Shown piece by piece: positions 44,201 through 56,200 of a stretch of 64,000 nt of DNA. Source of the DNA: Eledone cirrhosa (lineage: Eukaryota); NCBI GenBank assembly GCA_964016885.1, contig OZ024758.1, forward strand, positions 22,134,001 to 22,198,000, read 5' to 3'. Position 1 is the stretch's first letter. Each line of letters opens with the position of its first letter. The notes beneath the pieces were generated by a model. It was not told where the DNA came from, did no database searches, and saw only the letters and a list, made by a program, of their open reading frames with translations. Both the position numbers and the translations under genes were made by a program.

Positions 44201-47200
44201 TCTACCCTCTCTTTCTTCTCCCATCTCTCTCTCCCCCTCTTTCTCTCTCTCTCTTCACCCTCTCTTTCTTCTGTCATCTTTCTCTACCCTCTCTTTCTTC
44301 TCTCATCTTTCTCTCCCTTTCTCTCTCTCATCCCCCATCACCACTACCATCATTATCAGAAGTAAAGTCCAATTTTCCCCATGCTAGCTCTGCAGGTAGG
44401 ACATAATCATTACACACCAACTATTATATATATATATTTTCAGGTGCTGTTAAATTGACCCCATGTCATGACCCAATAGATTATGATGTTTGTGAGCGGC
44501 ATGGTTTACCAATCTCTTTGACTGTAATCGATGTCTCCGGTAATATGTGCAATGTTGGCGCTCCTTTTGAGGTCAGTCTTCATCACCATCTTTATCATCA
44601 TTTTTAATCTACTTTCTCCATTCTTGCAGGAGTTAGGACATAATTTTTTTTAGGCAAATTTACAATATTGTATATTTAGACAGGAGAGTAGTAATACAGG
44701 GAGACGTAGGTAGGGTAAATAGTCCCTATGGAAAGCTGTGAAATAGTGCCCTTGTCCAGCATTGTATTTTTAACTTATAAAGCCTTTACCATGAAAATAT
44801 AATAGTAAATATAGAGTAATGTAAATGTTATGTGAGGTAAAGCCTTTATCATGAAAATATAATAGTAAATATAATGTAAATGTTATGTGAGGTAAAGCCT
44901 TTATCATGAAAATATAATAGTAAATATAATGTAAATGTTATGTGAGGTAAAGCCTTTACCATGAAAATATAATAGTAAATATAGAGTAATGTAAATGTTA
45001 TGTGAGGTAAAGCCTTTATCATGAAAATATAATAGTAAATATAGAGTAATGTAAATGTTATGTGAGGTAAAGCCTTTACCATGAAAATATAATAGTAAAT
45101 ATAGAGTAATGTAAATGTTATGTGAGGTAAAGCCTTTACCATGAAAATATAATAGTAAATATAGAGTAATGTAAATGTTATGTGAGATATTATGTGAGGT
45201 AAAGCCTTTACCATGAAAATATAATTGTAAATATATGAGATAATTATGTGAGGTAAAGCCTTTACATGGATATAGAGTAATGTAAATATATGAGATAATT
45301 ATGTGAGGTAAAGCCTTTACCGTGAAAATATAGTAGTAAATGTAAATGGTTTAATGATCCAGCCACTATATTGCTTCTTCTCACATGATAATCAAAGACA
45401 GATTATACATCTGAAAAAGTTTCTTTTTTCACTCTCCCAAGATAGTTTATCTGTCTTTAATAGAAAGGGTTCCTAATCTAAAGTGGTACCCATGGCACAT
45501 TCCATGCTTGCCATACCCTAATTACACCTCTACTGATACGTGATATACTATTTAATTATATATTTGATAATTTTGTCTCACCAATAACTTCAGACTCTAT
45601 ATATTGTTTTTGCTAGTGTTGAGTGTTGTTTTTTCAGGGAATGAAGAGGTTTGATGCTAGAAGAGCAGTAGTAAAATCCTTAAAACAGAAAGACTTATAC
45701 CATGGAACGGTCAACCATTCTATGATGCTGCCAGTTTGCAGGTAATTAACCTTTAGCATTTACACTGGCCATATCCGGCCAGAACTCTCTCAGCTCTTCC
45801 TGTTCAAACCTGTTATAACCAGCTGTATCCAGCCAGAATTCTCTCACCTCTTCCTGTTCAAACCTGTTATAACCAGCTGTATCCAGCCAGAATTCTCTCA
45901 CCTCTTCCTGTTCAAACCTGTTATAACCAGCTGTATCCAGCCAGAATTCTCTCACCTCTTCCTGTTCAAACCTGTTATAACCAGCTGTATCCAGCCAGAA
46001 TTCTCTCACCTCTTCCTGTTCAAACCTGTTATAACCAGCTGTATCCAGCCAGAATTCTCTCACCTCTTCCTGTTCAAACCTGTTATAACCAGCTGTATCC
46101 AGCCAGAATTCTCTCACCTCTTCCTGTTCAAACCTGTTATAACCAGCCACTCATACTTATTTAAACCAGCTGTATCCAGCCAGAATTCTCTCACCTTTTT
46201 CTATTCAAACTGGCTGTAACTGACCACTCAAACCGGCCATAACTGATTGCTCATGCTTATGTAAAGGTATTGTTCTCAAAATCTCATAGATTCAATATTA
46301 TGTAAGATAAAGCCTTCACTGTGAAAATATAATAGTATATATAGAGTAATGTAAATGTTAAAGGGTTAAGGTGGAGGATTGGTAGAATCGGTAGAGCATC
46401 CAACAAAATGTCTTGCAGTATTTAGCTCTGGAGGTGCATGGCCTAGTGGTAAGTGTGTTGGACATATGATAATGTTGTGGGTTCAATTCCTGGACTGGGT
46501 TGTGTATTGTGTTCTTCAACAAAACATTTCATTTCACATTGCTCCAGTATACTCAGCTGAAAATGAGTACCAGGCATATAGTTACGTCCCTTTACGTTCT
46601 GAGTTCAAATCCCACCGAGGTTAGCTTTACCTTTCATATTTACGGGGTCGATAAAATAAAGTACCAGTAATACACTGGGATAATTACTGGCCTTGTGCCA
46701 AAAGTAGAAACATTATTATTATTGTTGTTAATATAGTTGTTGTTATTGTTATTGTTGTTGTTAATATAGTTGTTGTTATTGTTATTGTTGTTGTTAATAT
46801 AGTTATTGTTGTTATTGTTGTTGTTAATATAGTTGTTATTGTTGTTGTTAATATAGTTGTTGTTATTGTTATTGTTGTTAATATAGTTGTTGTTATTGTT
46901 GTTGTTAATATAGTTGTTATTGTTGTTAATATAGTTATTGTTATTGTTGTTGTTAATATAGTTGTTATTGTTGTTGTTATTGTTATTGTTGTTGTTAATA
47001 TAGTTGTTGTTATTGTTATTGTTGTTGTTAATATAGTTGTTGTTATTGTTATAGTCGTTCCAAAGATGTTATCGAACCTCTCCTGATGGACCAGTGGTTT
47101 CTCAACTGTAAAGAAATGGCAACCAAAGCAGCACAGGTGAGTGAATTCTTCTAAAGAGGAACACTCTAGAACACTATACAGTGAAGCTTTTGATTACTAT

Positions 47201-50200
47201 GAATTCTGAGTTGTATGGCTTAGTGGTTAGAGCATCGGTTTAACAATTGTGAAGTTGTGAGTTCGATTCCATGACTGGACGATGTGTTGTGTTCTTGAAC
47301 AGGACACTTTATCTTACATTGCTCCAGTTTACTCAGCTGTAGAAATGAGTTGTAATGTCACTGGTGCCAAGCTGTATTGGCCTTTGCCTTTCCCTTGGAC
47401 AACATCATATTTAATGTGTATATAGTATATATATATATTGTATATAGTGTTGGGTATTTGTTCCATGTCTTCTTTCTGAGCTCAAATTCTGCCATAAAAG
47501 ATTTCTTCATCAGATTTTGGAATCTATCACCAAGGTCCCAGACCTCATTTGCTTACCAGATGGAGTGGAACTTGTCAAATTGGACCAAGGAAACACTGTT
47601 TCCACTGATACTATCTGCCAGAAAGAGCAATGTGAAATAAAGTGTCTTGCTCAAGCTCGTAACACATCACCCGGTCCAGGAATCGAACTTACAACCTCAT
47701 CATTGCAAATCTAATTCTCTAACCACTCAGCCACATGCTTTCACTACGGGTATGCTTTTGTGATCATGTCTATGGGGCGAAGCCCTTCTGCTCCCTTACT
47801 CTCCCTATTCTTTTTTTTTCTTTCTTTTTCATTCTTTTTCATTATTGTTGTTGTTATTACTGTAAATAAAAGATGATGAGATTAAACAAATAAAAAAAAA
47901 AATGAATTTTCCTAATTAACTCTCTTCTTTAATTAATTCTAATTAACCAGAGCGTGAACAACAACCTCCTATGTTTCATTCCTGATTATTATGATAGTAT
48001 CTGGTTTCACTGGCTGCAGAATATCAGGTAATTTGGCTTTAATGTTCCAACCATGACCATCTGACTATAATTATCATAGATTATGAAATATTTTCTTTGT
48101 TCCTTTAGGGACTGGTGTATTTCTAGACAGTTGTGGTGGGGACATCAAATTCCTGTTTATTTCGCTAGTACTACTCAAACACCACAGGTATCAATCTTGT
48201 TATTTCCCTCACCTCAAACATTATATAGTTGTTAACTAGAACATATTTACACTTTCATATAAAAGTAAGAAAGTGTATTCATGTCAGAGAATAATACTCT
48301 AAACTCTGCTAAATATCTTCTAAAATATATAATTGTTTCTACAATAGGCACAAGGCCAGCAATTATCCCAGTGTATTACTGGTACTTTATTTTATCGACC
48401 CCCATTAGGATGAAAGGCAAAGTTAATATCAACGGGATTTGAACTCAGAATGGCAAGGGCGGTAACTCTATGCGTCAAAGCATGGCGTCCGACCCTCTAC
48501 CGATACTGCCAATTCACCGCCCTTTGGTGAAATTTCCTTGGTCCAATTTGACAAATATATAATGACATTTATTTAACACTTTAGCATTTAAACTGGCTGT
48601 ATCAGGCCACAAATCGGTCACCTCTTTCTGTTCAAACCAGCTGTAATCAGCCACTCATACTTATTTAAACCAGCCACATCTGGCCAGAATTCTTTCTCCT
48701 TTTTCTGTTCCGACCACTCATACTGATGTTAAGGTATTGTTCTCAAAATAAATACAGTGAAATTCTGTTATAAATAAATTCACGGGGCATAAAAAAAAAT
48801 TTGTTTTAACGCAAAATTTTTTAAAACGAGATCGACCGAACACACTGAGCGTGTGGCCAGGTATTGAAAATAATTTTGTTATAATGGTATTTGTTATAAC
48901 GTAATTTTACCTTTAATATCAAAATCTCATAGATTCGATATTATGTGAGGTAAAGCCTTTATTCCGAAAATACAATTGTAAATATAGAGTAATGTAAATG
49001 CTAAAGGGTTAAACAGTTCCTATTTAAATTAAAATCTTCCAACATAATTTTAGAGATAATTATTTGAGGTTTAGCCTTTACTCCAAAAATACAATAGTAT
49101 ATATAGAGTAATGTAAATGATGAAAGCAAAATTTTATTTCATATTTTCTTTTTAAATATCAAAGAATACTGGAATATGGGTTAGTGGCAGAAACAAAGAT
49201 GAGGCTCTAGCTAAAGCCAGTGAAAAACTAGCAGTTTCTAAAGAACATATAACTCTTAAACAAGGTAATCTATTACTTCCTAATCCTTCTATATGGAGTA
49301 AATATGTGTGTGATCTGTTGTAAAGTCTTCTGACGCATTGATTTATTAAAAATATTGACAGGCTTGGCTGTGTAGTTAAGAGGTTGTCTTTACAACCTTA
49401 TATTTTCAGGTTCTATCTCACAACATGACACCTTGAGCAAGTGTTTCTGCTATTATAGCCTTGGGCTGACCAATGCTTTATGAAGGAAATTTAGCAGGGT
49501 AGAAACTGTACATAACCATATGGCAGTGACCAAGCATGGCCAGAGTCAAATGACTGAAACGAATAAAAGAATGTATGAATGTATATATATACATACATAC
49601 ACTATTTAATATAGAAATGGCTTCTACAGGACTAGAACTGTTTCATTCGAAGGAAATCATGCCATATATATATATATATGTGTGTGTGTATATATATTTA
49701 TATATATGTCTGTGTGTGTTATTTTTTGGTCTTTTTCTCTTCACTTTGGATTAGACATTTCTAGCTCAATCGGTGATATTTGTTTATATCCTACTATAAA
49801 GAAGTCTCACTGCTCAACAGTTAAATGTACGAAGATTCCTACCTTAAGACACAAGAAAGGATTGGCAGCATGAATGGCATCTCTGACTATAAAATTCTGC
49901 CTCAAAAAGCTTCCCCCAACCCATGCCAACATAAAGAGCATCTCTGACTATAAAATTCTGCCTCAAAAAGCCTGCTCTATCCCGTGCCAGCGTGGGGAAC
50001 GTAGTAATAAATATGCTGATGATGATAATTATTAATAAAAACAATAATAAACATTAAATCAATTGTTTATATTAAATCAATTCTGTGATTCTCTTCCTCA
50101 GATGAAGATGTCTTGGACACATGGTTTTCATCAGCTCTGCTTCCATTTTCAGTATTTGGATGGCCAGAAAAGGTAAATGACTTTTATATTGCTTAATTTT

Positions 50201-53200
50201 TTTTCTTAAGTATTTTGCTCAGTTTTTTTTTTTTTTTTTTTTTTTTTTCAGTGGATATTTTTATATATATATATTTATATTATATTTATTATTTCTTTTT
50301 TTTTTTTACCATCTATTGAAAGACAGTTGACTATGAATCTTTCTACCCGACCAGTCTTCTTGAAACCGGCAGTGACATCTTGTTCTTCTGGGTGGCCAGA
50401 ATGGTTATGTTGGGACAGAAGCTCACAGGACAATTACCTTTTGATAAAGTCAGTATTTACACAATATTCTTAATTCTAACTCCCCCTCCTCTTCTTCTTT
50501 CTTCCATCTTCCATTCTTCCTCCTTTTTGTATGTCTTTTCTCATCTCTTCTCATCTTTTGAGTGTGTGTATCTGGTTTAGATAGGTACAACGTATCCCTG
50601 CATGTTGTAGGAAGCAGCTAAAAGCGTTGGCACCATGGAGGCTATCTGACAGTGGAATACATCTATTTTTCAAAGAAGATATATATAGAACCAATCTCTC
50701 AGACTTTAAGCACTGAGAATATAAAGTTAATATAAAGAATAATATGCTCATGAACATAGATGATGTAAAATAGCTTATAAAGTTGGATGAAGACCCCTAA
50801 AAGACAGAAAAAGAAGTGACAATCATAGCAGCCAATGGCAGCTTCTTTTTCCGTGTTTTAAGAGTTTTCACCTTATTTTATAAGCTACCTTTATAGCATC
50901 TCAGCACTCGAGCACATCATTCTTTGTATTAACTTTATAACTATTTTGTGTTTTTCTCATTTGTATATTTTGGTAGATTCTGTTGCATGGAATAATCCGA
51001 GATTCCGACGGTAGGAAGATGAGTAAGTCTCAAGGGAACGTGATTGATCCACTTCATATTATTAATGGAATATCGTTAAAGGTAAACCTAAAACCTACTA
51101 TTTCTTTCTTTTTTTTTTTTTTGTGTCAGTTCTTTGTGTTCTGAGTTCAAATCCCTTTAGCATTCACATTATTTTATATATACTATTATATTTTCATGGT
51201 AAAGGCTTTACCTCACATAATATCGAATCTATGAGATTTTGAAAGTATTTATTTTGAGAACAATACCTTAACATCAGTTTGAGCAACCAGTTACAGCCAG
51301 TTTCAACAGAAACAGGTAGAGAATTCTGGCCGGTTTGAACATTAAAGGGCTAGTCTTTCCCCTGTCCCTCTTCAGCACAGCATCCCTCAGGATAGGTCCT
51401 CTTCAGCACAGCATCTCTCCACTTGTCACAGTCCTTCGCCATCTCCTCTGTGAGCTTCAGCAATCTGAGGTCAGTTCTCACCACCTCCACCCATGTTTTC
51501 CGTGGTCTTCCTCCACTGCGTCTTCCTTCCACTGGGATTACTTGGCACTTCTTTACCCAGCAATCATCTTGCATGCACATCACATTAGCCATACCAATGC
51601 AGTCTTCTCTCTTGCACACTACAGTTTATTCCTCTTACACAACTTGTCCATGCTTGGTCGTTCATGCACATTGACATTGCACATCCATTAGAACATGCTT
51701 GCTTTATCATTTTATTTTACATCCATTTTTCTACCCTTGCATGGGTTGGACAGGTCCTTTTCACAGTATCTCTCCACTCCTTCATTTATTTGTAGTTTCA
51801 ATTTCTGAATGCATGGGGGTCAATTTAACCGACTTTCTCCTTCTCTCCTAAAATTGTTGACCCTGTACCTGAATCAGAAACCATTCTGTTGTTGGGTGGG
51901 AGGGTTGTAAAAGAAAATATTATAAATATATTTGGTGTTTTCTCTCATTTTTACAGGATCTTCAAAATCAGCTGGACATTGGTCTTCTTGACAAGAAGGA
52001 AGTTGAACATTCAAAGAAAGAGCAACAGAAACATTTCCCCCATGGTATTCCAGAGTGTGGAGCTGATGCTCTCAGATTTACACTTTGTTCATATAATTTC
52101 AAATGTAAGTAAACTTTCTTTCACCTAAACAGACTGCCAACACACACACTCACACACACACACACATATAGTGGTCAACTACCATGAAATAATACTATGG
52201 TGGTGTGATATTAGTAGTTGATCCGATCAACGGAACAGCCTGCTCATGAAATTAACATGCAAGTGGCTAAGCAATCCACAAACACTCAAACCCATAACAT
52301 AGTTCTCAGGAAATCGAACTCATGACCTTACGATCTTGAACCAAATACCCTAACCACAAAGCCACACGCCTTCACTAGAAATAGTACTGCAGTGGTATGA
52401 TATGATATTAGTAACAGCCTGTCACCTGAACAGGTCACCAACACATACTGGGTGTCCCCAAACATTCTAATAAATATTGCCTGTACAGGTAATCAAAGTT
52501 TGTGTACAATTGTTTTGGGTCACCTGCATGTATATATATATGGAGGCACATGGCTTAGTGGTTAGAGCATTGGCCTTGCAATCGAAAGGTTGTGAGTTCA
52601 TTTCTCAGACCGGGTGATGTGTTTCCTTGAGCAAGACACTTTATTTCACATTGCTCCAGTTTACTCAGCTGTAGAAATGACATGATAGGGACTGGGGTCC
52701 CTATCATTCCACTGTAAAGTGGTTGTGTAGGTGCCACGGCAAAAACCACCCAGCACTCACTGTAAATGAGGTTGGTGTTAGGAAGGGCATCCAGCTGTAG
52801 AAATCAAGCCAGAATCAGTTCCCGTCCCACCCTTGCAAGCAGGGAAAAAGCGGACGTAAAATGAAATGATGATGATTCATTCATTTCATTTCATTTTACG
52901 TCTGCTTTTTCCCTGCTTGCAAGGGTGGGGCGGGAACTGATGCTGGCTTGGTCACCAATATTATAAATGATTTTAGTTTTGTTTATTTCCACAGTACAAA
53001 ATATTAATATCCAAATGGACCATATTAAAAGTACCAAATTCTTTTGTAATAAAATTTGGCAAGCTTCAAGATTCATCCACCTGAATCAAGAGGATTCTTT
53101 CACTCCCAGACAACCATATATGGTAAGTAAAGGTTTTGATATAACTCTTCAAACCTACTAATACAATGTAGAATAGTAATAAAGGCTTTAATTTAGGCAG

Positions 53201-56200
53201 TCACTCGCTCACGAATCCAGTTTCTTGGATACATTGTCAGAGACCCAGGTAGTTCATATTCAAAGCTATTGCCATCCTAGATGAATTCAGAATAGCATTT
53301 TGCACCTTTGGTCCATTTTGGAATTCCATCTATTATTTAATCCTTTAGTATTTAAACCAGCCATGTCTGGCCAGAATTTTCTCACCTCTTTCCTTTCAAA
53401 CCGGCCATAACCAGCCTCTCATACTTATGTTAAGGTGTTGTTCTCAAAATAAATAATATCAAAATCTCATAGATTCGATATTATGTGAGGTAAAGCCTTT
53501 ACCATGAAAATACAATAGTAAATATAGAAGTAATGTAAATGTTAAAGGGTTAAACATAGTCTATCTTGGACTACGTTATCCAATGTGCTTTTATCCTTCT
53601 TGCTGGCGGTAATTACATTTCTGTTTCTACCTTTGTTTTGTTATGAAATGTTTCGCATCATATATTGTTTTTAACCCTGCCGTGTCTCCTCGCTCTCTAC
53701 CTTCAGCTGTCTGGAAATGAGTCTGCTATAGACAAATGGATCCTCAGTGTTCTCAGTGAAACAATACAATACTGTGACCTAAAATTCCGCAGTTATGATC
53801 TTCAGTTAGTTACCAATTCCTTACGAAAGTTCTGGCTTCAAAATTTCTGTGATATTTATTTGGTAAGAAACATTTCCCATATAATCATCATGATCATTAT
53901 TTAATGTCCATTTTTTTTCCCCTGCTAGCAGTAACTATACACTGTATATATAGTATATGTATATAGTCACTGTATATACAGTATATAAGGTATATATATT
54001 CACTGTATATATAGTCACTGCATATATATATACTATTCTAGTGATATCTAATCTCAAAATTTAGACCTAAGAACTAAATCTTTGTATGAACTTCTATTAT
54101 TTCCTTTCCTTTCAGGAATGTGTGAAACCAATTCTAAAGAATGGTCCAGAAGAAAAGAAAGAATCGGTGAACCAAATTTTACATTTCTGTCTGGAGACTT
54201 ACCTGAAAGCTATCAGTCCTTTTATGCCATACCTCAGTGAGGAACTCTTTCAACAACTTATGCAAAAAAATGGACATTTTGATGGCAGTATATGTAAAGC
54301 GTCTTACCCTAATCCTAAAGATGTAAGTACAACATCATCTTTTTTACATCTGTTCTTCCATGCTAGCATGGGTTGGACGGATCCTTCTCAGCACAGCATC
54401 TCTCCACATCATCAGTAATTTGACATCAGCTCTCACCACTTCCACCCAGGTCTTTCTATTCTACTTCTACTGAGATTTCCCAGCACTTCTTCACCTATCG
54501 ATCTTCAATACAATACACCCAGTACACTCTGTAAAGTGGTAGTGCTGGTGCTGGTGCTACAATAAAATACACCCAGTACACTCTGTAAAGTGGTAGTGCT
54601 GGTGCCATTGTAAAATAGCAATCCACATCTGATTGGTTGGCAGTGCATATTTCTGTGTATTAATATAGTTGTTGTTGTTTTTACAGTTTATCTGGCGAAA
54701 ACCATTTATTGAAGAAGATATGGATATTATAAAAGAACTCTGCAGTCAAGCATTGTTTTTGAGAAAGGAATTTAGTTTGACCAAAGCTAAAGGAAAGAGT
54801 AAGTTCTTCAGAGGATTGTTTTTTTGTTTATATACTACATAGAAAAAACTATAGTCAACTTAGTGTTAACAAATTAATGCAAAGAGCATCATAAAGCTGC
54901 TTCTTCTTTGCCCACTTATTCCTGAGAGAGTCTTGGTAGGCTGAGTCCTCAAAGACTCCTTCCAGCAGGTCCTGTCATAAGCAACTGGGTTAGACAGATT
55001 TAGAGGCAAGTGGGGTCGGGTGACCGTGTCTCTCTATTATATACAATGCTTCAAGCAAACTACATTTTATAATAATTATTATATATTATATTGATTATCA
55101 TCATAACCATTTTATGTCCATTCTTCCACGCTAGCATGGGTTAGATGGGTTGTCCTGTTGTGGGCAGTGCCCAGTCGGCTGATTTTGGCTTGATTTTTAC
55201 AGCTGGATGCTCTTCCTAACACCAACCTCATTTACAGTGAGTGTTGGGTGATTTTTTTTCCGTGGCACCTATACAACCACTTTACAGTGGTGGTCTGGGT
55301 GCTTTTTTTCCGTGGGTCCTCCACGACCTCTTTGCAGTGGGAGGGGTTGGGGGCATATTGTCTATATGCTTCAGCTTCGGCTTGTACCCATGGGAAATGA
55401 TGACTGTTCAATATTTGTTGTTATTGTGTTTCAGTTTTCATCAGTTCATCAAATGAAATCCTACTAGACCGTATCTCTCAGAATTACTTTTCACCTTTAA
55501 CTACGCTGTCAAGATCCTCTTCAGTAAACTTCATCTATGGAATCTTAAATGTTCCTCAAGACTGTGTATCATCAAAAACAGTAGCCGACACCTGCCAGGT
55601 ACATCTAAGTCTTCAGGTAAGTCTTATTGTCTTTGTGTTATTAACCCTTTAACATTTACAATACTCTATATGTACTATTATATTTTCACGGCAAAGACTT
55701 TATCTCATATAGCATTAACATTACTCTATATATACTATTGTATTTTCATGGTAAACACTTTATCTTACATAATATCGAATCTACGAGATTTTGATATTAT
55801 TTATTTTGAGAACAATACCTTAACATCAGTATAGCAGCCAGTTATGGGTGGCTTGACTAGAAAGAGGTGAGAGAAATCGGGCCAGATGCAGTCGGTTTAA
55901 ATGCTAAAGGGTTTAACATATTTGATGATGTTATGAGAAAAAGCACCCAGTCCACAACTGTAAATGTGGTTGGTATTAGGAAGGGCATCTAGCCATAGAA
56001 ATAAAGCCAGAAACAGGTCTGTATGAGCAAAACACAGTCACCTGATCTGACTTGCCTCAAACGAGACAGCCTGTATCATACCTCCGTAGTTGTTGTACAT
56101 GAGAAATATAATTGCAAAAGGATTTATCATTATCATCGTCATTTTTATGCCTACTTTTCTATGCTGGCATGGGTTTAGATATGATGGTTTGGGACATTGT

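Noticed and set aside
48188-49164. Possible U12-type intron (GTATCA donor, AAG acceptor)
   Set aside because: The donor does not match GTATCCTT and no TCCTTAAC-type branch site is visible.
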